IMG/VR virus record: IMGVR_UViG_2778261646_000017
Coordinates: 1 to 16,102 of that record
Strand: one strand, 5' to 3'
DNA: 16,102 nt
Origin: a virus
Taxonomy: Duplodnaviria; Heunggongvirae; Uroviricota; Caudoviricetes
The notes beneath the pieces were generated by a model. The model ran no database searches. It was not told the DNA's origin and saw only the letters and a list, made by a program, of their open reading frames with translations. Position numbers and translations under genes: made by a program. Numbering within the stretch: the first letter of the stretch is position 1; each line of letters opens with the position of its first letter. Positions 7,796 through 14,318 of this stretch are shown piece after piece.

Positions 7796-8953
7796 TTAAT
7801 CGTCGTCCTGTGGCAGTTCCAGAATCTTGATCGCGTTCGAATCCACCACGCCACCGCCTAAATATTTCTGCGTGAAAATTTTGATGAAGCCCGGCTCTGT
7901 GAGGTTGTCCGGTCTGGTGCGAACACCTGTTTCGTGATCAACAATGTAGTAACCGCGTTTGAAGTCACCCAGGGCAATAACGTTATCAGGCATAAACTCC
8001 AGATATTCGACCGGAAGGCCCAGCAACGTATCAGGATCACCCGCCTGTAAACGGTCGCGCCAGATGTAATCACCGTTCGCGTTCTTCACCTTCTGAAGTT
8101 TTGCGGCCGTCGTGGAGTTAACCACCCAGACCGCGTTTTTGCGATATTTTTTATGTAATGCAAATTTCAGGTCGATCAGCGGGTCCGCAGATGTCCACGC
8201 CAGAGATTCGGAAGGTTTAATTACCTGTAACGTACCAAAATCACGCTCTTTGTCGTTCTTCTCTGCACGGGGTACGGATAAAAAGCCTTTTGCTTTTTTG
8301 TCACCGTCGCCCACAACCAGATCGCTTTCTTCGGTTTCCGTGAAGGTGTCGCCAATCTCACCCGTCAGCCATGAAAGGATGTCCACATCGGAAAAATCCA
8401 CGATTTCCTGTGTGGTGCGCGGGTACGCATAGACCGGATACAGCTTAATGCTCACCTCGTTAATCTGCGGGGTGCTGGTCTGTTCGCGTGCCTTACCCTC
8501 TTCACCGTGGTTAACGGTCGCACCGCCAGCGGAAACAAGCTGCTTAAACTCGTTGCTGCTGATTTTCTTCACGGTACAGATGCGGCGCATGGTGGATTCA
8601 TCCGCCAGCATTCGCATGATTTCGGTGTTCAGCTCGGGGATAACGGTATAACCACCATCAGCGGGAACGCCTGTACTTAATGCGCGGGTTTCACCTGTCA
8701 GGATGTAGTTTCGTAGTTCTGCGGGGTCAGTGGTCTGACTGCTTTTACCTGGCTTGCTGCGCTCTTCGTCTGCAATGGCTTCAAGGCGGGAAATGTCTTT
8801 ATCGAGGGATTCAGCTTTAGCGCGTAATTCGTCAAATTTTGCGCCCTCAGCATCGTTAAGACTGCGGTTTTCTTTTTCCGCGTTCTCCAGCATGTCGCGC
8901 ATCTGATTTTTAATGGCGGTTTTCTGCTGGCGTAATTCGATTATTCTCGGCAT
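7796..8953 (-). CDS. Major capsid protein, HK97-fold with N-terminal coiled-coil scaffold (delta) domain, 385 aa
   Basis: N-terminal 60 aa heptad-rich (LRQQKTAIKNQMRDMLENAEKENRSLNDAEGAKFDELRAKAESLDKDISRLEA); C-terminal body with capsid-like features (…GYYIVDHETGV…); followed by a terminator. Confidence 0.93.
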   Translation of the reverse strand: MPRIIELRQQKTAIKNQMRDMLENAEKENRSLNDAEGAKFDELRAKAESLDKDISRLEAIADEERSKPGKSSQTTDPAELRNYILTGETRALSTGVPADGGYTVIPELNTEIMRMLADESTMRRICTVKKISSNEFKQLVSAGGATVNHGEEGKAREQTSTPQINEVSIKLYPVYAYPRTTQEIVDFSDVDILSWLTGEIGDTFTETEESDLVVGDGDKKAKGFLSVPRAEKNDKERDFGTLQVIKPSESLAWTSADPLIDLKFALHKKYRKNAVWVVNSTTAAKLQKVKNANGDYIWRDRLQAGDPDTLLGLPVEYLEFMPDNVIALGDFKRGYYIVDHETGVRTRPDNLTEPGFIKIFTQKYLGGGVVDSNAIKILELPQDDD

Positions 8954-8960
8954 AAAAAAA

Positions 8961-8990
8961 GTCCTGGGGTTAAGTAAGGAACTCCAGGAC
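8961..8990 (-). promoter_or_regulatory. Stem-loop plus U7 tract immediately 5' of the capsid ATG; the stem contains the AGGA Shine-Dalgarno
   Basis: - strand reads GTCCTGG-(16-nt loop)-CCAGGAC-TTTTTTT-ATG; the only SD-like sequence (AGGA, 8 nt before ATG) is in the 3' arm of the 7-bp stem. Confidence 0.5.
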
Positions 8991-9167
8991 GCGGCAAAAA
9001 CTCAACCGTTTTTCATAAGGAAATCAGCAATCGCACCGATCGTTTTCCCGCCTGGTAATGAATATTGGCGAGAACATTAACAGGCGGAAAAGTGGCCCCA
9101 GCGTCCTGGCACCACGGGCGAGAATAATCATGATTCAGTTCGGGTAAAATATGCCGATCCGGTCAGC

Positions 9168-9193
9168 GAACAACGTGGAACAACCACGAACAA
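9168..9193. promoter_or_regulatory. Phased hexamer element GAACAA-cgtg-GAACAA-ccac-GAACAA, about 215 bp upstream of the capsid gene
   Basis: Three perfect GAACAA hexamers at 10-bp spacing; 9169-9193 is identical to the reverse complement of 14781-14805. Confidence 0.5.
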
Positions 9194-9210
9194 ATAATTT
9201 ACAAAACATG

Positions 9211-9235
9211 ACAAAAAGCCGGATTGCTCCGGCTG
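9211..9235 (-). terminator. Rho-independent terminator after the PerC-like gene (end of the early operon)
   Basis: - strand: AGCCGGA-GCAA-TCCGGCT followed by TTTTTGT, 6 nt after the stop. Confidence 0.6.
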
Positions 9236-9240
9236 TGTGA

Positions 9241-9513
9241 TTATCTGTCCTGGTAATTTCGCCATATTTCATCACCAGCACCATCCATACCCATTTCGGC
9301 ATAAGTGCGATCGACCGCCTTTTTCAGGTCTCCGTAATTATCCGGCGGCTCCGGTGGCCTCTGTGCCTTCCTGGAACATTCCAGCCGTCGCATCGTGATG
9401 TGATGCCGTTCCTTGTCTGTCTCCACCAGTTGCATGACTTCACCCCATCGCGCCGACGCTCTCCGGTAAAAGCCTTTCGCCTCCAGTTCTTCCGCTATGC
9501 GGTCATGTACCAT
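9241..9513 (-). CDS. PerC-like small transcriptional activator (putative), 90 aa
   Basis: MVHDRIAEELEAKGFYRRASARWGEVM... resembles my recollection of the PerC-family N-terminal signature (LE..G.WRRAA.RW); strong GAGGGGGG SD; family assignment not verified. Confidence 0.55.
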   Translation of the reverse strand: MVHDRIAEELEAKGFYRRASARWGEVMQLVETDKERHHITMRRLECSRKAQRPPEPPDNYGDLKKAVDRTYAEMGMDGAGDEIWRNYQDR

Positions 9514-9522
9514 CGCCCCCCC

Positions 9523-9933
9523 TCAGAACGGAATATCATCACCGTAAGGGTCATCGCCTCCCGCTGGTGGCTGATTACCCTGTGTGCCTGTGGTCTTGCG
9601 CCGGCTCCCACCAGGTCGCGCCGTTCTGGCACTGATTACGCTGTCTGCAATAACCTGCCAGCCCTGCCGCGTTTCGCCGTTCTGGCCTGTCCACTGGCTT
9701 ACCTGCATGTTACCCGCCACGCTCACCAGCTCGCCTTTGTGGTGTTTTGCCAGTGCGTCGGCCTGTCTGCCAAACGCCAGGACGGATAACCACATCGTCG
9801 CCTGTCCGTCATCTGCCTGATTGCACGGCAGGGGGACCGCCATGCTTGCCATAGCCATTTGTGTGCCCTTGCTGGTGGTCTTTAACTGCGGGTCAGCCAC
9901 CAGCCGCCCGTAAGCGGCTATCTGTGCTGTCAT
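9523..9933 (-). CDS. ssb: Single-stranded DNA-binding protein, divergent, with canonical acidic DDIPF C-terminal tail, 136 aa
   Basis: OB-fold-like core (YGRLVADPQLK...WLSVLAFGRQAD...KGELVSVAGNMQVSQW), Gly/Pro-rich linker and C-terminal DDPYGDDIPF; ATGA overlap with the upstream gene. Confidence 0.8.
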   Translation of the reverse strand: MTAQIAAYGRLVADPQLKTTSKGTQMAMASMAVPLPCNQADDGQATMWLSVLAFGRQADALAKHHKGELVSVAGNMQVSQWTGQNGETRQGWQVIADSVISARTARPGGSRRKTTGTQGNQPPAGGDDPYGDDIPF

Positions 9934-10187
9934 GATTCCACCTCTCCGGTTTTAACGTTGATGGTTGTTACCTGTTCCGCTTCGGCAATCTCCCGTTCCG
10001 TCAGCGTGGCAAAGTTTGCCGCCGCCGTGGTCATGAATGCGCTTATCAGGTCGGGATGTGCTTTCGCGTATCCTTCCCCCGTGTTGCGGTCGATGATTTT
10101 TATCGCCACTCTCAGCCAGTGCTCTGTAAGGTCAATGGCGCGGTTATGCTGCTTCTTCTGATTATTAAGTTTTCCTGATGTGCGCAT
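9930..10187 (-). CDS. Hypothetical protein, 85 aa
   Basis: ORF MRTSGKLNNQKKQHNRAIDLTEHW...; GAGGGGG SD; translationally coupled to ssb. No family recognised. Confidence 0.55.
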   Translation of the reverse strand: MRTSGKLNNQKKQHNRAIDLTEHWLRVAIKIIDRNTGEGYAKAHPDLISAFMTTAAANFATLTEREIAEAEQVTTINVKTGEVES

Positions 10188-10229
10188 TTTTATTTTTACC
10201 CCCTCGTTTAAAAAGTTTTGAGTTGTGCC

Positions 10230-10465
10230 TCCCCTTGTCTACCTTATCTACCTTACTGGCTCTCATGCCAGTAATGGCGCGGCTTTCAGCGGGGTAGAGT
10301 GCTTTTATCCACTATCTACCCCGTATCTACCTCCCTGTCTGATTCAGGTAAAATCAGGTAGAGAGGGTAGATAGTAGGTAGACAGTGAAAAAAGGCTGTC
10401 TACCTAAGTTAATATACTGAATTAAATGTATTTTTCTTTACTCAGGTAGACAGGGTAGACAGCCA
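10230..10465. repeat. Iteron-type replication origin: at least 11 copies of GGTAGA / TCTACC in both orientations flanking an AT-rich core
   Basis: tgtctacc, tatctacc (x3), ggtagag, aggtagagagggtagatagtaggtagacag, gtctacct, then AT-rich taagttaatatactgaattaaatgtatttttctttac, then aggtagacagggtagacag; immediately 3' of the primase gene. Confidence 0.7.
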
Positions 10466-10475
10466 TTGCAAAAAA

Positions 10476-12224
10476 TTATAAAAACGCGTCGCAATCGTCT
10501 GTTGTTATTGCGTTAGTCTGCGTTACTCCCTTAACTTTCCGCGTAATATATTCATGTCCGTAAACTTTCGCGGCTGGCTTCATAGCCTTGCCAAAGTCAT
10601 TTACGTTTAGCGGTTTGCTCCTGCCTGCGTATGCCATAAACGCCAGATAGACGCGGTAAAGGCTGTTTCTGGTCGTGTACTTCACTGAATCGCCACCGCC
10701 ACCCATCATCAGGCCGCGCGCTTCCTCCAGAAAATTCAGGAACTGGCAAAACTCAATAACCGGATCCGTCTGTTGCTTTATTGCCAGTGCTTCATCACCG
10801 TCACGCTGTTCCAGTAGTAAAGCCCGTGCCTTCTCAGGGTCGGTAAAGTTCGCCAGCAAGCGGCGGATAATGACAGGGATTTCAGCCGCGATCTTTTCCG
10901 GTAGCTCCCTGTCTTTTTCTGCCTCGCTTACGATATTGTCGAAGCGGAAAATAACCCGACGACGTGACACGCCTCCGGCCCGTTCGGTGAATATCATCGG
11001 GTTGTTATTGGTCGCCAGCACCACCGCCCTGATTACCGTAGTGAAACGCTTTTCATATTTCGGGTTGATTTCCACGGGGTCGCCGCCCGTGATTTTCTTG
11101 ATGCCCGTGCCTTCGCCTGTATATTTCGGCTGGTCTGCCAGGACGATAAGACGACTCCCGACAACCTGCGCACGCCCACCAGCATCATCAAGCGATGTCA
11201 TTTCCGCGCTTACCGTGTTTTGTTTCCCCGCTAAAAGGCTGGCGATGTGGGTGAATGTACTTTTGCCGCTCCCGCCGTCTCCGGTGGCCTCAATAAACAT
11301 CTGCCAGTCGTACCGGTTCGCCATAATCATGTACAGCGCGGCACATATACGCATCATCTTGCGCTGGTCTTTTCCGGCTGCGTGATCAAGCCATTTATGA
11401 AAGTTTGGCGCGTTATCGCGGATGTTCTCCCCAGGTGCTGGTGGCGTGTACTCAATGCCGTTGTGCGTGGTGATCCAGTTCTCCGGCGTGTGCGGGGAAA
11501 ATTCCCCCGTTTTCAGGTCAAGCGCACCATTGGCGAACGGCAACAAATCGCCGGACGGCTCGCCCATTGGTTCGGCAATAACTTTTAACGCTTCCACGGC
11601 GTTATTGATTACGCGCTTGCTGAAAGTGGCCCTGTGCTCTGAATAGATCGCCACCATTTCGCGGCTAAGTTCCATTGTGCTGACCGGACACCATACCCCG
11701 CCGCGCCATACGTGAACGATTTCACTTTCCGGATGCACACAAACGCCATCAAATCGACCAGCAAGCATCTGTGCGCGCTCACTGTCTGCCATTTGTGCCA
11801 GTTGCGTATTTTTCTGCTCCGGCATGGTAAGCCCTGCGGCAATATTTTCACGCTCAGCATTCAGATAGCGCCGCCAGTTTTCACACTTCTGGACGTGCAT
11901 TCCTTCGGGGTAAAAATTTGCGTCCTGAATATCTGCCGCCGCCAGCTTCTGACCAATCTTTTTGGTCTCCACCAAATCCAGTTCTCCGGCCTGGTACAGC
12001 CTTACGCGCTTTTTCCCATCCGGAACAATTTTCAGCGCATCAAGTTCGGCAAGCTGATTTGGCCCAAGCCACACAGGCGGCACATTATCGCCGGATGCGG
12101 GGCCGTCCTGCTCCTGCCACTGTTTTGCATGTGACCACGCATCACTACCCGCGAAAATAATTACCTCTGTGTCTTTGTGTTTTATTCCGCGTGGCTGTTT
12201 TTTTACGTTCGGTGCCAGTTTCAT
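10476..12224 (-). CDS. Replication protein: primase / SF3-type helicase (P4 alpha-like, PICI Pri-Rep-like), 582 aa
   Basis: Walker A GDGGSGKST, Walker B-like RLIVLAD, N-terminal primase-like region; ATGA-coupled to the upstream small gene; iterons directly downstream. Confidence 0.88.
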   Translation of the reverse strand: MKLAPNVKKQPRGIKHKDTEVIIFAGSDAWSHAKQWQEQDGPASGDNVPPVWLGPNQLAELDALKIVPDGKKRVRLYQAGELDLVETKKIGQKLAAADIQDANFYPEGMHVQKCENWRRYLNAERENIAAGLTMPEQKNTQLAQMADSERAQMLAGRFDGVCVHPESEIVHVWRGGVWCPVSTMELSREMVAIYSEHRATFSKRVINNAVEALKVIAEPMGEPSGDLLPFANGALDLKTGEFSPHTPENWITTHNGIEYTPPAPGENIRDNAPNFHKWLDHAAGKDQRKMMRICAALYMIMANRYDWQMFIEATGDGGSGKSTFTHIASLLAGKQNTVSAEMTSLDDAGGRAQVVGSRLIVLADQPKYTGEGTGIKKITGGDPVEINPKYEKRFTTVIRAVVLATNNNPMIFTERAGGVSRRRVIFRFDNIVSEAEKDRELPEKIAAEIPVIIRRLLANFTDPEKARALLLEQRDGDEALAIKQQTDPVIEFCQFLNFLEEARGLMMGGGGDSVKYTTRNSLYRVYLAFMAYAGRSKPLNVNDFGKAMKPAAKVYGHEYITRKVKGVTQTNAITTDDCDAFL

Positions 12225-12520
12225 TTTTTACCCCTGAATACGTTAAGCATCTTTTTTATTTCCTGAATATTGGCGCGTGCTTTCTCCCTGCTGGTTGGTT
12301 TACTGCGGGGCGCTGCCTGTACCAGAGAAAAATCACGCCGAAACTGATAAACAGGCATCACGCAATCATATTCGTAGCCTTCACGACGGTAGGTGATGCG
12401 CCGTTCTGCCACGCCTTTAATCGTTACCATGCCGCCATATTTATCGCGGTAAATATCGCCGTTCATAAATTCAGGACGAGCGGGGCCGCTGGCAGTAACG
12501 CCAGAATTTTTATTTTTCAT
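12221..12520 (-). CDS. Hypothetical protein, 99 aa
   Basis: ORF MKNKNSGVTASGPARPEFMNGDIYRDKYGGMVTIKGVAERRITYRREGYEYDCVMPVYQF...; basic C-terminus; no family assigned with confidence. Confidence 0.55.
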   Translation of the reverse strand: MKNKNSGVTASGPARPEFMNGDIYRDKYGGMVTIKGVAERRITYRREGYEYDCVMPVYQFRRDFSLVQAAPRSKPTSREKARANIQEIKKMLNVFRGKK

Positions 12521-12525
12521 GTTTT

Positions 12526-12753
12526 TTATTCTCCGGTGTGCTGCGCTTTATTATTCTCGTGAATTGCCATCACTGTATTTAATTCATTAATAACAGGCGT
12601 TAATAGCGTACGCACGGCAGAAAACATCATTGAATCAGATTCATCGCCACTTTCCGGCACATCAATTAACTTAAGTAGTAATGCGTCCATTTCCTTTGCG
12701 CGGATTAATGCGTTTTCAGAATGAACAAGAACATCAAAGGGTATTTTATGCAT
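12526..12753 (-). CDS. Hypothetical protein, 75 aa (start at the internal ATG with AGGGGGGAG SD)
   Basis: MHKIPFDVLVHSENALIRAKEMDALLLKLIDVPESGDESD...; the longer start offered by the ORF track (12855) has no SD and overlaps the upstream gene. Confidence 0.5.
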   Translation of the reverse strand: MHKIPFDVLVHSENALIRAKEMDALLLKLIDVPESGDESDSMMFSAVRTLLTPVINELNTVMAIHENNKAQHTGE

Positions 12754-12916
12754 GACTCCCCCCCTGGCGAATACGGGCGACAAAAATAAGATGTGCGTGC
12801 GGCAGCTGTGCACGTGCTTCGCGCTCAGTGGCAGCGGTAACGGTGAATATTGCAATACTGTCTGTCAGGCACTGCATAAAGCGCCAGACAAAATAAGGGC
12901 GTGCGAATACAGCCAT
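12746..12916 (-). CDS. Small protein, 56 aa, paralog of the gene at 13203-13406 (possibly the Icd-like cell-division-inhibitor family; unverified)
   Basis: MAVFARPYFVWRFMQCLTDSIAIFTVTAATEREARAQLPHAHLIFVARIRQGGSHA aligns with the C-terminal 50 aa of the upstream paralog (WRF...EARxQ.P......F.ARIRQG.SHA). The reading frame stays open upstream to 13210, so the N-terminus is uncertain. Confidence 0.5.
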   Translation of the reverse strand: MAVFARPYFVWRFMQCLTDSIAIFTVTAATEREARAQLPHAHLIFVARIRQGGSHA

Positions 12917-13202
12917 GTGAAAGGCTCCCAGATGAATTTTAAGGAGTCTCGCTACTACGCTGCTAAACATGGTGGCGAGACGTAACAGGGTTAGCAGACT
13001 GGTCATCTGGAAACCAGCGAGCACAAAGGCTCCCCCGTTACGCCCCGCCATAATGCGGGTATGGGTAGGTTTACGGACACAAAAAAACCGCTTATCGGAT
13101 GTGGGCGGCTGTCCGCCAGATGTATTCAGGCTGCTAAACCCGGTCGCCATGTGGGCGACGGGGGAAGCATACAGCCCCGTGATAATTTTTTGCAAGCGGT
13201 TT

Positions 13203-13406
13203 TTACGCATGATGTGACCCCTGACGAATACGGGCGGCGAATACCATCACGCAGCCAGCCGGGGATTGCTGGCGTGCCTCCTGTTCGCTGGTGGCCTCAA
13301 TGGTAATCACGCGCGGTTGTGCCGTGCTCAGGGCGATAAAACGCCAGATGTATTTATTCAGGTTGTGCGAGTCCCGCCCTTGCGGGTGTGTGGTATGATT
13401 TCTCAT
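13203..13406 (-). CDS. Small protein, 67 aa, paralog of the gene at 12746-12916 (possibly Icd-like; unverified)
   Basis: MRNHTTHPQGRDSHNLNKYIWRFIALSTAQPRVITIEATSEQEARQQSPAGCVMVFAARIRQGSHHA; GAGG SD 6 nt upstream of ATG at 13406; it is the C-terminal part of a 352-aa track ORF whose remainder I reject. Confidence 0.55.
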   Translation of the reverse strand: MRNHTTHPQGRDSHNLNKYIWRFIALSTAQPRVITIEATSEQEARQQSPAGCVMVFAARIRQGSHHA

Positions 13407-13501
13407 AGCTACCTCGATACTTTCGCTATCGTTGGTGGTTAGAGGCTGCGAAAGGACGGCAATCCTTTTCAGCCTCGTTTGCATTGAGTGATAGTTACTC
13501 A

Positions 13502-13582
13502 ACTGGATTCCAGTATAATCATCAAGTGGAATCCACTTCAAGCATTTTGTTTTGGTCTTTTTCGTGTATACTGGATTCCAGT
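13502..13582. promoter_or_regulatory. Three palindromic operators with core TGGAWTCCA, plus -10-like hexamers, in the divergent control region
   Basis: ACTGGA-T-TCCAGT at 13502-13514, AAGTGGA-A-TCCACTT at 13524-13538, ACTGGA-T-TCCAGT at 13570-13582; TATAAT at 13514-13519. Confidence 0.6.
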
Positions 13583-13602
13583 AATCACAAAGGAAACCGG
13601 AA

Positions 13603-13782
13603 ATGGAAAGAGACCATATCAATAACAAATCACAAAAATTACAGGCTCGCGCCCCGCATGAAGTTGTTGAGGCAATGGAGCAAGTCAAAGAAACAGGCGA
13701 GAGCACTGCGCAATTTATCGTTACAGCCATGCGCGGCGAGATCAAACGCCGCCAGCGTCGCAAAGCCAAAGAATCAGAATAA
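13603..13782 (+). CDS. Small ribbon-helix-helix-like DNA-binding protein (putative regulator), 59 aa; not in the ORF track because it is under 60 aa
   Basis: MERDHINNKSQKLQARAPHEVVEAMEQVKETGESTAQFIVTAMRGEIKRRQRRKAKESE; AGGAAA SD 8 nt upstream; predicted strand-helix-helix pattern; operators directly upstream. Confidence 0.5.
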   Translation: MERDHINNKSQKLQARAPHEVVEAMEQVKETGESTAQFIVTAMRGEIKRRQRRKAKESE

Positions 13783-13839
13783 TCACTATCAGCGCCGTGG
13801 CGTGAGGTACTCCGGCGCATTGCTTTACAGGTCAGTACT

Positions 13840-14049
13840 ATGAGCAAAAAACACCGATCAGCAGATGAGATTTTTGCAGAACAACGAAGATTGCTTTTGC
13901 AAAGTATCATTTCACGCCAGCAAGAGAAGGCGCGAGCTAAACAAATGCCACCAAATACAGAACCAGCGCCTACAAGATTTGCGCTTGATGACTTTCTCGA
14001 TAAACACCCCAGGGTAATGAAAGCAAACAAAAACCGCCCACCAGGCTGA
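13840..14049 (+). CDS. Hypothetical protein, 69 aa
   Basis: MSKKHRSADEIFAEQRRLLLQSIISRQQEKARAKQ...; weak AGGT SD; followed by a + strand terminator. No family recognised. Confidence 0.4.
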   Translation: MSKKHRSADEIFAEQRRLLLQSIISRQQEKARAKQMPPNTEPAPTRFALDDFLDKHPRVMKANKNRPPG

Positions 14050-14140
14050 TCACATTGCCCACCAGCCTGATAGCGGCTATCATCCCCGTGCTTATGTTTG
14101 AGATCACACACACAAACGGCGCAGCGGGTTATCTGTTCAG

Positions 14141-14173
14141 AAAGGCGGCTCCATTTCAGGGCCGCTTTTTTTA
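14141..14173 (+). terminator. Rho-independent terminator for the two small + strand genes
   Basis: AAAGGCGGC-(11-nt loop)-GCCGC followed by TTTTTTT on the + strand. Confidence 0.55.
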
Positions 14174-14318
14174 TTCCTGAAAAACCCCAATTTTGTTGTT
14201 TTTCAGTTTCACCAGGGCGAACGAATCCCCGCCCACGTTCTGGCGTATATTCAATCTTCATGGTTATAGCTCTGTGTTCAGATGATTGATGTGTGGCGGC
14301 TGCGTGCCGCCAGCGTGA

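Noticed and set aside
2940-9820. Remaining short ORFs in the track overlapping terL, terS, HNH, portal, protease, capsid, PerC-like and ssb on either strand
   Set aside because: Each is nested in or antisense to a longer ORF with clear family features and coupled starts.
10675-11385. 236-aa + strand ORF (plus 11247-11588, 11422-11646, 11712-12134, 11918-12160)
   Set aside because: All lie antisense inside the primase/helicase gene, have low-complexity Ser/Pro/Arg-rich translations and no SD; they are shadow ORFs.
12746-13210. 154-aa extended form of the downstream paralog (start at 13210)
   Set aside because: The homology with the upstream paralog begins only at 12916, and the extension contains T-runs and multiple hairpins; the short form was kept and the ambiguity flagged as a finding.
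13603-14049. Toxin-antitoxin pair (RHH antitoxin plus downstream toxin)
   Set aside because: The 69-aa downstream product is hydrophilic and looks disordered, with no resemblance to ParE/RelE/CcdB-type toxins; gene order and the operators fit a regulator better.
13203-14261. 352-aa - strand ORF spanning the alpA-to-paralog interval
   Set aside because: Apart from the last 67 codons (the paralog gene), the translation is Cys/Arg/Ser-rich and not protein-like, has no SD at its start, and is antisense to two + strand genes with SDs and their own terminator. It is treated as an open antisense frame.
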